Source: Octopus bimaculoides
Lineage: Eukaryota
DNA: 59,683 nucleotides
NCBI RefSeq assembly: GCF_001194135.2
Contig: NC_068987.1
Location: forward strand, 59,461,750-59,521,432
Direction of reading: 5' to 3'
In this document: in pieces, positions 26,332 through 39,282 of the stretch
Position numbering within the stretch: position 1 is the first letter of the stretch
Layout: each line of letters opens with the position of its first letter
The notes under the pieces: model-generated
What the model saw: only the letters and a program-made list of their open reading frames with translations
What the model was told of the DNA's origin: nothing
Database searches by the model: none
Program-made: the position numbers and the translations under genes

Positions 26332-26512
26332 CGGTAAGTTCACCATCATCAATTCACTGCATGGAAAGTTCACCGTCATCAATTCACCATTTCTTATTTC
26401 AATAAAATATTTTTTAACTATTAATGGTGAGATGTTATGGATATACTTTTGCAGTGCACTTTCATGGAAGTGAACTTTCCCTGTGGTGAATTGATGGCAG
26501 TGAACTTACCTG
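26332..26512. mobile_element. Small foldback MITE
   Basis: About 45-bp imperfect TIRs: ggtaagttcacc.tcatcaattcac..gaaagttcac / gtgaactttcc..gtgaattgatggcagtgaacttacc. Confidence 0.6.
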
Positions 26513-27600
26513 TAAAAAAAAAAAAAAAAAATTACTGTGAGTAAAAGTGTATTTATTGTGAGTAAAAGTATAGGAGTCAAGTATCAATATAGATATATAA
26601 ACTAAATACATTTTTAAACAGTTAAAGTTTAATAATTGTAAGTTTCAGTAAAGAATATTTCACAAAATATGATCTAATGTTTTAAGTGCAGTCGAAGATA
26701 TAAACATATTCAAAATGAATATGTTCGTTTAATATATTAATTACATATGCACAGCATGTATGAAATAATGTCTTTCAGATCATTATCAATTTCATACCAG
26801 CATTTTAAACCTTGTAAGTCACTGAAGATTTCATATAAATATTTTATATATGTTTCACAAACAGAATTATTGTCAGGGTTAAATTTAGTAATAATGCTGC
26901 TTGATAAAGAAATGTAATTACAAACACATCAGTTTAGTAATATTTATCAAAAATAAATACAGAGATTATGTTGGCATACAATGTGAATGGACTGGGAATA
27001 CAAAACACAATATACAAACATTATGCAACACAAGTGTGTACAGCTTGTACAAGAAGTAAGACAAGCATTCAACTGGAACATAAACAAATGTATTTTAACA
27101 TGATACAACATGTGAAAAATGCATTTCATATCCATATAATATATAATAGGCAAGTATATTCCAGGTAGATATCACATATAAGATGTGTGTACTTTGAGTG
27201 GATGCAAATTCTGACTCCTGAATAGATCTGATAAAGAAACAACATGAAGTAGAAACAATAAATCTCAAGTGAATATACATACATTATGTATGTATGTATG
27301 ATACATACAAACGTACACACACATAGATACATAGCTTTAGTAAAATGTATGAAATAGAGATTCATATATCTGATATGCATTGCAAAAATGAGGTCTGTAT
27401 GAGTGTCCATATAGGCTTAGCAAGAAAACGCCTTTTGTTTGGATAAGAACTGCCACAGGCACATGTAACCTACTTATGCTTTTGTATATGTGTAGTGGTT
27501 AGCACAGTTACATAGTCTACAGTAGGTGCAGTATGCAAGTTTAAATCTCACAGTTGATGTTACAACTTTTTTGTCTTATTCATCTCTCTTGCTCTCTTTC

Positions 27601-27631
<31 letters not shown>

Positions 27632-27673
27632 GTAGACACACACACATATTACATATATATGTATATGTGTATG

Positions 27674-27707
<34 letters not shown>

Positions 27708-29419
27708 NNNNNNNNNNNNNNNNNNNNNNNNNNNNNNNNNNNNNNNNNNNNNNNNNNNNNNNNNNNNNNNNNNNNNNNNNNNNNNNNNNNNNNNNNNNNN
27801 NNNNNNNNNNNNNNNNNNNNNNNNNNNNNNNNNNNNNNNNNNNNNNNNNNNNNNNNNNNNNNNNNNNNNNNNNNNNNNNNNNNNNNNNNNNNNNNNNNNN
27901 NNNNNNNNNNNNNNNNNNNNNNNNNNNNNNNNNNNNNNNNNNNNNNNNNNNNNNNNNNNNNNNNNNNNNNNNNNNNNNNNNNNNNNNNNNNNNNNNNNNN
28001 NNNNNNNNNNNNNNNNNNNNNNNNNNNNNNNNNNNNNNNNNNNNNNNNNNNNNNNNNNNNNNNNNNNNNNNNNNNNNNNNNNNNNNNNNNNNNNTATTGT
28101 TATTTGTAAACTATAATAAAATATTTTTTAATATTCAAATTTTAATTTTTGCTGCAATACTTTAAGTAAAGAGTTTCTTATTCTTTACTTGACTTGAAGT
28201 AATAGTTTGTCCTATACTTTTACAGGTGTAATAACTTGTCTTGTACTTTTCCAGGTTTATAATCTTAAGAATATTACTTTTCATGCTTGCATTTTTCCAT
28301 GTAATCCATAATTTTTCTAGGCATTGCTGTTACAAGATAATTAATAATGTGTCAATTAATAATTTAGGATTTTACCTGGGTAGGGGGATACATTGGCTGC
28401 TATTTTTAGCGTGTCGAGCGACCAGGCAGAAGCTCTTTCATTGGTTCGATAGCGTGATGAGATTTTTTTACACATATATGTAATATGAATATATATCATC
28501 GGCAGAAGTTAGAGAGTAAGTCAAAAGCTGAGAGTTTCGTGTATTGGCACTTATCAAACATGAATTTGTCCATTGTCACTCTGTAACTTCTGAGATACAA
28601 AATTTTATTGAAAACGTTAAGAGTAAACCCTGTTGTATGTGACACATTCTACCAAATTCAGAAGTTTGAAAGTGTTTAGTTAAAAAAAAATTAATTAAAT
28701 AATCTGTATGTCTAATTGAATAGATCCGAAATGGATGAACGGCAAAGTCGACCTCAACGGAATTTGAACTCAGAACGTAAAGACAGACGAAATACCGCTT
28801 CTAAAATACAGAAATTTTGTCAAAAACATTAAGAATAAACCCTGTTCTATGTGACATATTCTATCAGTATCGGAAGTTTGAAAGTGTTTAGTTAAAAAAT
28901 ATTAATTAAATAATCTGCACATCAAAGTCGACCTTGGCAAAATTTGAACTCAAAAACGTAAACACAGGCGAAATACCATTAAGCACTTCACTTGGCACGC
29001 TAACATTTCTGCCAGCTTGCTGTCTTAGAAAGTAAACATTCATTTTAGAAATATATTCTTTACTCCCTTACTTACACGAAATTTCATGGCATTTCACCCC
29101 ATAAATTTTCTTCTACTAATTTTTGTTCAATGCGACTAACGACTCTGAATTCCTCATACGTTTTCCTAACATTTAAGCCTAAGAAAAATATACTTTTATT
29201 TTAAAATTAAAAAGTTTATGTTAATTGANNNNNNNNNNNNNNNNNNNNNNNNNNNNNNNNNNNNNNNNNNNNNNNNNNNNNNNNNNNNNNNNNNNNNNNN
29301 NNNNNNNNNNNNNNNNNNNNNNNNNNNNNNNNNNNNNNNNNNNNNNNNNNNNNNNNNNNNNNNNNNNNNNNNNNNNNNNNNNNNNNNNNNNNNNNNNNNN
29401 NNNNNNNNNNNNNNTATAT

Positions 29420-29691
29420 ATATGGCACTGGCTTGTGCGGGTGGCACATAAAAGACACCATTTCTAGCGTGGCCGTTGCCAGTATCGCCTGACTGGCCTT
29501 CGTGCAGGTGACACGTAAAAGCACCTACTACACTCTCTGAGTGGTTGGCGTTAGGAAGGGCATCCAGCTGTAGAAACTCTGCCAAATTTAGATTGGAGCC
29601 TGGTGTTGCCATCCGGTTTCACCAGTCCTCAGTCAAATCATCCAACCCATGCTAGCATGGAAAGCGGACGTTAAACGATGATGATGATGAT
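29420..29691 (+). mobile_element. SINE family C with (GAT)n tail
   Basis: ..tggttggcgttaggaagggcatccagctgtagaaac..aaagcggacgttaaacgatgatgatg. Other copies: 56590-56823 and 44274-44455 (+); 23351-23510, 25834-25974, 44603-45010, 48914-49135, 54931-55244 (-). Confidence 0.85.
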
Positions 29692-30436
29692 ATACATGTA
29701 TATACATATACACATCATTATATTATATACATGTGCATATATATACATATATATTGGATGATGCATGCACTGCTCCTAAGAAGAAATGTGTAGACACAAT
29801 GCAGACAGCAGACTCTTTTTTTTTTTTGAGATACATACACACACAGACATATACATATATATACACACTTAATACATACAAATACACACACAGATAGGTA
29901 GATATATGAATACATACATGTATATAGGTATATGTACAGTGTAAATATTATGCATAGCAGATATATCTCTTGAACAGATATAGCTTATGAATGATATATC
30001 CTGTAAGGAATGACAGCATATCCTATGTGGATATAGTGAATATCAGATCTAATCTATGCAGATATACCAGTTACATCATGAAGTACAAACACCATTTCAC
30101 AAATGGAAGTAGTGTGAATGGATACGACTTGTATATATATCTGATATTGAGGTAACATTTGAAAAGTAACTTGCATCGAGTGCTAACTGCAGGAAAAATT
30201 ACATCTAGTGTGTGTTACATACAGCACCTGATAATACTGCATCCAATATGAATATGATATAGAAATAATAACAATAATACATTAAGAGAAAAGAAGGTAA
30301 TGATTAATAATGAATTAGCTTCAGTATCTAATATAAAATTTGTGCCATGAGATTAATTTCAAACGATGGTGATATAAAGGAATGTATAAAACAGCAATTT
30401 ATTATATCGAGATGAATATGGCGTGTGTGTGTGTGT

Positions 30437-30730
30437 GTGAAGGCACATGGCCTAGTGGTTTGGAGCGTTGCACTCAAAATGGTTAGATTGTGGTTTCAAC
30501 TCCCAAACTGGTAGTGTGTTGTGTTCATGAGCAAAACACTTCATTTCATGTTGCTCCAGTCTATTCAAATGTAATTGGATACACCTGCAATGGGCTGGCA
30601 TTCCATGTTCAGTGGAGCATGTTTGCTTACCCGCCTAGACAGTGGTGGGGTATCATTTGGCGGCTATAACAATGCATAGAAGCGCATTGTGACCAGTGAT
30701 GTATAGCAACATCCAATAGTCTGGTCAATA
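30437..30730 (+). mobile_element. tRNA-derived SINE (tail gcattgtgaccag..gcaacatc); second copy 45030-45270
   Basis: Head gaaggcacatggcctagtgg..; the 3' half is shared by the two copies. Confidence 0.7.
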
Positions 30731-30732
30731 AA

Positions 30733-30786
<54 letters not shown>

Positions 30787-31078
30787 NNNNNNNNNNNNNN
30801 NNNNNNNNNNNNNNNNNNNNNNNNNNNNNNNNNNNNNNNNNNNNNNNNNNNNNNNNNNNNNNNNNNNNNNNNNNNNNNNNNNNNNNNNNNNNNNNNNNNN
30901 NNNNNNNNNNNNNNNNNNNNNNNNNNNNNNNNNNNNNNNNNNNNNNNNNNNNNNNNNNNNNNNNNNNNNNNNNNNNNNNNNNNNNNNNNNNNNNNNNNNN
31001 NNNNNNNNNNNNNNNNNNNNNNNNNNNNNNNNNNNNNNNNNNNNNNNNNNNNNNNNNNNNNNNNNNNNNNNNNNNNNN

Positions 31079-31110
<32 letters not shown>

Positions 31111-31726
31111 GTACACACACATATGCATACATATATATACATGTATATACACACATACATATACACATGTATATACACATACACACACATATATACATAG
31201 ACACACACGTATATACATATACGCACATGTATAAACATATACACGCATGTATATGCATATTTATACAAATACAGATATTTATATACATATATATATGTAT
31301 ATGTCCACATTTTATATATATATGCACACATACACACATATATATATCCAAGATATTCAAATGATCTGTATTGACTGGATAGTATAGAATTTTTGGAGTG
31401 AAAAACTTTAAAAGAAAGTTTTCACTGCAAAACACCATAAATATTTGATACAAATTCAGTAAAAATTCATCAAATGATGACATATGTAAAAGAACATATG
31501 TAAATGGTAACCCACTCGAAAGGGTGTTAATGAATTAACCAAGCAATTGTCAGTTTGTATCCCATCACTGGTAATGTGTAGCATCCTTGATCCCTTTTCA
31601 AAACAATATGCCCTCATACTGACTTGGTGCTAAACATTTTACAGAAACTTGGTGATGGTGATAGGTAGTTGGTATGTTGGAAAGTGGTGTTTGCTAACTA
31701 ACCCGGAAGCAAATATTTACAAGCAT

Positions 31727-32111
31727 AGGCGCAGGAGTGGCTGTGTGGTAAGTAGCTCGCTTACCAACCACATGGTTCCGGGTTCAGTCCCACTGCGTGG
31801 CACCATGGGCAAGTGTCTTCCACTATAGCCTCGGGCCGACCAAAGCCTTGTGAGTGGATTTGGTAGACAGAAACTGAAAGAAGCCCNNNNNNNNNNNNNN
31901 NNNNNNNNNNNNNNNNNNNNNNNNNNNNNNNNNNNNNNNNNNNNNNNNNNNNNNNNNNNNNNNNNNNNNNNNNNNNNNNNNNNNNNNNNNNNNNNNNNNN
32001 NNNNNNNNNNNNNNNNNNNNNNNNNNNNNNNNNNNNNNNNNNNNNNNNNNNNNNNNNNNNNNNNNNNNNNNNNNNNNNNNNNNNNNNNNNNNNNNNNNNN
32101 NNNNNNNNNNN

Positions 32112-32174
<63 letters not shown>

Positions 32175-32377
32175 TGTGTCTGTGTTTGTCCCCCCACCAT
32201 CGCTTGACAACCGATGCTGGTGTGTTTACGTCCCTGTAACTTAGCGGTTCGGCAAAAAGAGACCAATAGAATAAGTACTAGGCTTACAAAGAATAAGTCC
32301 TGGGGTTGATTTTCTCGACTAAAGGCAATGCTCCAGCATGGCCGCAGTCAAATGACTGAAACAAGTAAAAGAGTAAA
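31727..32377 (+). mobile_element. tRNA-derived SINE family B, full length across a gap
   Basis: aggcgcaggagtggctgtgtggtaag..internal microsatellite..gaaacaagtaaaagag. Other plus copies: 15128-15340, 17995-18100, 20301-20503, 32940-33060, 57010-57300. Confidence 0.9.
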
Positions 32378-32900
32378 GGGTAAGTAACAATAATTTATGA
32401 CAATTTAAATCTTTTCCTGACAATGAATCCTGGCAGGAAATAAAATAATAAAAAAAGAGGAGAAATCCTACTGATTTTTACAGAATATCTCAATGTAGTG
32501 AAGGATGTCTTTAAATAAAATAACTTGGTCATTCAACCTGATAGAAAAACCGGCCAAGTCCCTTTCAAATAACATCTTATTGCCCTGCAAAAAGAAGGAT
32601 AAAGACTGATATAATGGATACACTCTTATCTAAAAGAAAGGAGAGAATGGCCATTGCTGGAATGCTTTTGAGCAACGATTAGCAGATTAAACCTAACAGG
32701 AGACTAAACAACCACTAAAACAACAGTAACATAATAACAAGAACTAGAACCAGAAATTTAGTCAAAAGTACAAGATAAATTCCAAGCAGTGTAGCTGTCA
32801 TATCTGAATATATTCAGTTTGTCAATGTATGGAGAAAATAAGATACAAAAAAAAATGATCTCTCTCTCTCTATATATATATATCTATATCATTCTATCTA

Positions 32901-32934
<34 letters not shown>

Positions 32935-33056
32935 TGTATAGGTGCAGGTGTGGCAAGGAGCTTGCTCTACAACCACATGCTTCTGGATTCACTTCCATTG
33001 TGTAGCACCTTGGGCAACTGTCTTCTACAATAGCCTTGGGCCAACCAAAGTTGCAC

Positions 33057-33131
<75 letters not shown>

Positions 33132-33704
33132 GTCATCCTATAGTGCTTTCATTAATGGCTCATATTGCATATATACACTCTGATCAATTGTTGACTCTTC
33201 ACAAAGTCCATGTGAGGCACACAATATGACACTACTACTGCTGCTACATATATAGACATCCTCGACCACATTTAAAATAAATATATCTGCCTGATTAGTA
33301 AACACTCACTACTATATCAAAACCACAGGTCTACAAAATATGCTGTCTCATCTCCACTTTCTGTTAAATCTAATTATTACTACAACTGCCTCAGCTCTTC
33401 TAGACTAGTGAACTGTATTCTACTTCAACTCCATCTAATTCATCTCCACACCCAGGTTCCACACAAGTAACTAGTCCAACAAATTCTTCATCCTCATTGA
33501 AATATTATTTCATCTACATATTGTCTGATATACGTTGGCTTAAATATACTTCAAAATGCACAGCAGGAAATCTTGAGTGATGATCCAAATGCTGTAATAG
33601 ATTACAGAGCTTGTGTGTGTGTATGTGGATACACACATATAGATATATGGCTAGATAGATACATACATACATATGCATCTATCTATCTGTATACACACAC
33701 ACAT

Positions 33705-33739
<35 letters not shown>

Positions 33740-33744
33740 GGAGT

Positions 33745-34085
33745 AAAGGGTAAAGATCCCTTTTGGTCATGAATTACCATGGGATTGCACCTACAAAGTT
33801 ACCCTCCGAGGCACAAGTCCAGGCAAGATTGCTTACGGAAGACCAGCAGTCACCCATTCATACCAGCCTCCCCTCTCCCTGCCACTGATGTTATCCAAGG
33901 GAAAGACAAAAGTCGATACAGCTTGGTTCCAGTGATGGCGTATCTCATTTCTACAGCTGAGTGAACTGGAGCAACATGAAATAAAGTGTCTTGCTCAAGA
34001 ACACAACACACAGCTCGGTTCAAGAACTGAGCTCACTACCTCATGATTATGAGCCCAATGCTTTAACTACTGAGCCATGCACCTT

Positions 34086-34086
<1 letters not shown>
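33745..34086 (-). mobile_element. tRNA-derived SINE (ttgctccagt head family, distinct tail)
   Basis: The head shares the cttgagcaagacactttatttcatgttgctccagt block with 670-830 and 19112. Confidence 0.7.
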
Positions 34087-34126
<40 letters not shown>

Positions 34127-34919
34127 GTATACACACACATGCACAAATATATATGCATATATGCACACTGAGGACAGAGGACTTGGATATGAGGTACATT
34201 TCTGTACACAAGAAGACCCTTCCGTCACAACAGAATTGATATCTTAAAAAACTAAGGTNNNNNNNNNNNNNNNNNNNNNNNNNNNNNNNNNNNNNNNNNN
34301 NNNNNNNNNNNNNNNNNNNNNNNNNNNNNNNNNNNNNNNNNNNNNNNNNNNNNNNNNNNNNNNNNNNNNNNNNNNNNNNNNNNNNNNNNNNNNNNNNNNN
34401 NNNNNNNNNNNNNNNNNNNNNNNNNNNNNNNNNNNNNNNNNNNNNNNNNNNNNNNNNNNNNNNNNNNNNNNNNNNNNNNNNNNNNNNNNNNNNNNNNNNN
34501 NNNNNNNNNNNNNNNNNNNNNNNNNNNNNNNNNNNNNNNNNNNNNNNNNNNNNNNNNNNNNNNNNNNNNNNNNNNNNNNNNNNNNNNNNNNTCCACACAC
34601 GTCAGATTACTGATGCTCCCAAAGAATGCACAGAGCTTATGGCCAAATACTATGCTGACATTCATTGCTGAAAATCCTGAAGTACCATCTTCAGCATTAC
34701 TGACATTAAATTCCCTAACATCTATTCAATTTACTCTTGCAATGTTATAACCCCCACCTCAAGTGTGAAGACTCCTGAATCACAGATGGCAGCTCATGAG
34801 TGGTGTTATTTCAATTTTACTTAAGCCTTTCTATGTCACACAAACAACTGATGTAGAAGATCACTGCAATGAAAAATGACAGCTAGTCATTATATAACTG
34901 GTTGAAGTTCTTCGTTCTT

Positions 34920-35640
34920 GATCAAAAAAAGTAGTAATATATCTAAGATAAAATTCTGCACTCAGTGCAATGGCATCTGTCTGGGTCCCCTGTTATTTAA
35001 TGCATGTATTAATGAAACAAGTGTTAACTTAAAGCATGTTTCTATATTAAAATATGCAAATGACATTAAGCTGTACCTTGAGTTAAAAATAATGGATCCT
35101 ATATGCTATAGATCTTACCTGTAATCAGACATGGACACATTGCATTAATGGATTATTGACTGATAAGTCAAGCTAACTGTAAACAAGCATACAATTATAC
35201 ATTTTGGAAGGAAAAAAGCTTGGAATGTAGATGTTCCCTTCAGAATCTGAGCAGGAAGCAACCTAAGCATTATTGTCAACAATGATCTGCATTAAACAAA
35301 CAGGATTTTTAAAATCATCAAAAATTTCATAAGATTTGAACCCTAAAACCTCCTTGTTAGTGGACCACTCACTCACCCTAACATACATACACACATGTCC
35401 AATTCATGCCAGCATTTATGGCTATGGCATGTCTACTCTTACAATTTGCATCTCCAGAATATAAATTTACTAGACACTGTTCAGAGACATGAAACTAGAG
35501 GATTACCCTGTATCAGTTGAGTAGCTGAGTTGAAAGAAGCCCAAAAAATGATACGCCATCTTTCCAACAATTACTTTGGCCACTTCTTTTAATTTAATAA
35601 TTCTGCTACTCATTAACATGCTTATAACAAAATCAAAAGC
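34920..35640 (+). mobile_element. CR1/L2-group LINE RT fragment, degenerate
   Basis: GICLGPLLFNACIN...KYANDIKLY (decayed QGxxLGPLLF / FADD), followed by LTVNK..IHFGRK. Confidence 0.75.
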
Positions 35641-36399
35641 ACCAAAGCACCCATGAGTTAGAAACAATTTTTTTCCGGCTCAGAATAGTTGAAGCTTGGA
35701 AAAAACTACTGTCATCAGTTGTTAGCTGTGAGGATACTGTATGCTACAAAGATAACTTGCTTTCTGAAATTCACCAATACTATTCTCTTTGTGTATAGAT
35801 GTATCTGCACACCCTTTCCTTTACACGAATCTTTTATTGTCCACTTCTGTGTACTTATGCATGTATTGTGCTTCCTTACTTGACTCATTGCTGATGAAGG
35901 GTGACTATAAAATGCATTTCTAGCAGAGGTTGAACAACATACAAAAAAAAAAAAAANNNNNNNNNNNNNNNNNNNNNNNNNNNNNNNNNNNNNNNNNNNN
36001 NNNCCAAATTGGAAGAATCATAACAGCATCAGATAGAACCTTGCAGTCTTTGTTTAGGCTATCTGTTTTGTGAATTTAAATCATCCCAGAGATCAATTTT
36101 ACCTTTCATCTTTTCAGGGTCAATAAATAAATAAAATACCAGTCCAGTGTGTTGGGAATAGGATAGGGTGGAGAGGGCATGTTAGTTGACAGAATTATCA
36201 AGGCAATGAATACTATGGTTAACAATACATGTTTCGTGTATTTGCAATCAGAAGGTAAACCCTATGACATCACCGGTACCAAGCAGTATAGACCTTTGCC
36301 TTTTTATTGAATATCATTGGTGGCATGAAGAAGCAAGACTGTATGTTTTGATAACAGGTGGACTTCAATTAATAATAACAATAATAATAATAATAATAA

Positions 36400-36625
36400 T
36401 AATCCTTTCTAAGATAGGCACAAGGCCTGAAATTTGTAGGGAGGGGGTAAGACGATCACATCAACCCCAGTGCTTGACTGGTACTTAAGTTATCGACTCC
36501 GAAAGGATGAAAGGCAAAATCGACCTTGGAGGAATTTGAACTCAGAATGTAAAGAGGTGAAATACCATTAAGCATTTTGTCTAGCGTGCTAACAATTCTG
36601 CCAGCTCATCGCAGTAGCAGCAATA
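36400..36625 (-). mobile_element. tRNA-derived SINE family D with (ATT)n tail
   Basis: aaggcaaagtcgacctc.gcggaatttgaactcagaacgta motif. Other copies: 8553-8730, 15345-15520, 28735-28800, 28920-29025, 51385-51565. Confidence 0.8.
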
Positions 36626-37257
36626 ATAATAATAATAAAATAATAGATTGTCCAGGTATGTGCCTAAGTAAGGAACTTTCCTAGTCCTGATCTATAGTCT
36701 GACAGGACATTGATGTCTCAGATACAGTGAAAGGAAAAAAACAATGTGTATAAATATAACTGTTACACAAGCAAACAAACACACCATTTATAATGGTGTA
36801 TAAGATAACTAGGCTTATAAGATATATCAGTGGCTACTAGAACTGAGGTTTAGCCTACTATCAACCATCACAACTTACTGCTAAAAACCTACTGCACACG
36901 CTAGCATACTAACAACTCACATACAGTACATTGCTGAATTCAAGGTTTAGATTTTATACAGGAAGGTCCTCTTAAACACCAGTACAAACAGGGTTTGTTT
37001 TTACATTTAAAAACTGATATAAAACTGGTATGGTGTCAATGTGATAAATATAGATTAATAAAGTGAGAACCTGATTGACATAAGAACTGGAGCTGATGCA
37101 ATCAATGCAACCTTTGAAGGCGGAGCCCCAGCTTGATCAGGCCAAGGACTAACCAATAAAAGAACATATTTTTGTTTGTGTGTGTACATTTATATATGTG
37201 TGTGTCCAAGTGTATTATATATCTGTATTAAATATATGCACATATATATGTATGTAT

Positions 37258-37318
<61 letters not shown>

Positions 37319-37319
37319 A

Positions 37320-38572
37320 CAGGATCTTGCAGATGAATTGAGACCAATTTTAAGCAGTTGACTTAGCGGGTTTAACATTTCATTTTTTGACAGAACCTTG
37401 CTTGCTTAAAAATCTAATCCTTCTCTTTATTTTTCAGGTAAATAGTGAACTGATTCGACAACAGAAAGTCACAGAACAACAGTATTGTTCTGCCATTGTT
37501 GTTTTGGCGTGTGATGGGCACACTGCCAATAAAATTGATAAGTTGACAAAACTCCCCAAAGCAACAGTTTATCACATGTATAAACAATTTAAAGAAGAGA
37601 TAAAAATTGATAGAAAAGAACATAAGACTCGAAGTGATCCAAGTGCAATCCAATGTTTCTCGCTGGTCTCAAATGCTCGATTGAAGCCAACCCATCCACA
37701 TCCATGACAACTCTTGCAAAGAAATGCAATGTGTCCCTTTCCATGGTGTCCAGAGCTGTGAAAAGGAATCTTGGCATGACTAGCTATGTTCAACGATGCT
37801 GTCACCTTCTAACAGCCAAGGCCAAAGCAATCAGAGCCGAGAGATGCCCAAAGCTTCTATCATTCATCAAGCATCAAGGTGCAGGAGAAACTCTTGTGTT
37901 TGTAGATAAGAAGTTCATTGTGGATGCTGAGGTGAGTCGTAGAAATTCTCAAGTGATTGCATACAACCCTTCAGACATCCTCCCTATGTTTGAGACTGAG
38001 ACTCCTGCCTCTGTGATGGTATTTGGCACCATAACAAGTGATGAAAGTGTCATGGATCCACACTTCATTGAGCCTGGCTTGAAGATCGGCACAAAGGAGT
38101 ATCTGGACTTCCTGAAGAACTCTCTGTTACCTTGGATGGAGCAGAAGTTTGGGTTTGACAATGTGGAGCTTATCCAGGATTCTGCACCACACCATGGGTC
38201 AAAAGCAACACAGGCCTTCCTTGGTGAGAAGGTGCCATTTTTTTGTGAGGGCCAACATCTGGCCCAGTAATAGCCCAGATCTTGATTACTTTTTATGGGA
38301 TGTACTTCAAGCAAACACCAATGCTTTACCACACTTGAGTGTCAACAGTTAGACTTACATCATGCGTGTGACATGCAAAATCAAAAAGGCAGAAGTTGCG
38401 GCAGTGGGAAAAAATTTTCTTCTCATGTGGAAGAGGTAGTAATTGCCCAAATGATAAATGTTTTTGTTGTAATAAATGTTACATTAAAATCATATCTGTC
38501 TCCTCCAATTATTTTAGTATTTATAACCAGTTTTATGCAGCATAAAAATAGTCACAATTTATCTGCAAGACC

Positions 38573-38575
<3 letters not shown>
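37320..38575 (+). mobile_element. Full-length but defective Tc1/mariner, maT/DD37D-like
   Basis: About 25-bp TIRs (caggatcttgcagatgaattgagac / cagggtcttgcagataaattgtgac); left TA, right TG. Frameshifted transposase 37441-38350 with HTH, FVDKK, QDSAP and [13 protein letters not shown]. Confidence 0.92.
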
Positions 38576-38671
<96 letters not shown>

Positions 38672-38965
38672 TATAAATAAATATATATATATAAATATAC
38701 ATATAAATAAATATGTATATATATATATATATAAATATATAAATATAAATATATATATACATAAATATATATATATATAGATACATATACACACACACAC
38801 ACACACACATACATATATATAAATATAAATACATATATATATATAAGTAAATATATATACATATAAATATAAATATATACATATATAAATATATATAAAT
38901 ATTATATATATGTATTATATATATGTATCATATATATATATTATATATATATATATATATATTCA
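38576..38965. repeat. Compound (TA)n microsatellite abutting the maT right TIR
   Basis: Visible directly. Confidence 0.97.
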
Positions 38966-39282
38966 CATATATACACCACACAATGTGCACTACAACAGAG
39001 CCTTCAACTAAACATGTATCAAACTTTATGAGTATAAACCCATATTTATGTAGTCAACATAAACGTACATACTTGTACACATTTGTTCCCTTTCTTTTTA
39101 CATTTCAAACAATTATACACACATACACAAAAAAAAAATCAGGTCATTTCTCAATTTGTAACAATAAATTATTAAACATATGCAGAAAATAAAAAGAAAT
39201 GAAATAAAATAAAATATAAATAAGAAATGGTGAGAACAACATGAAAGACATAAAAAAATAGAACAGAATACTGTTAGATAGC

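Noticed and set aside
35885-35930. CTGATGAAGGG as another hammerhead
   Set aside because: No closing stem II or GAAA follows.
4446-38882. Low-complexity ORFs (poly-HT, ER, LS, IY, poly-L/I/R)
   Set aside because: Translations of microsatellites.
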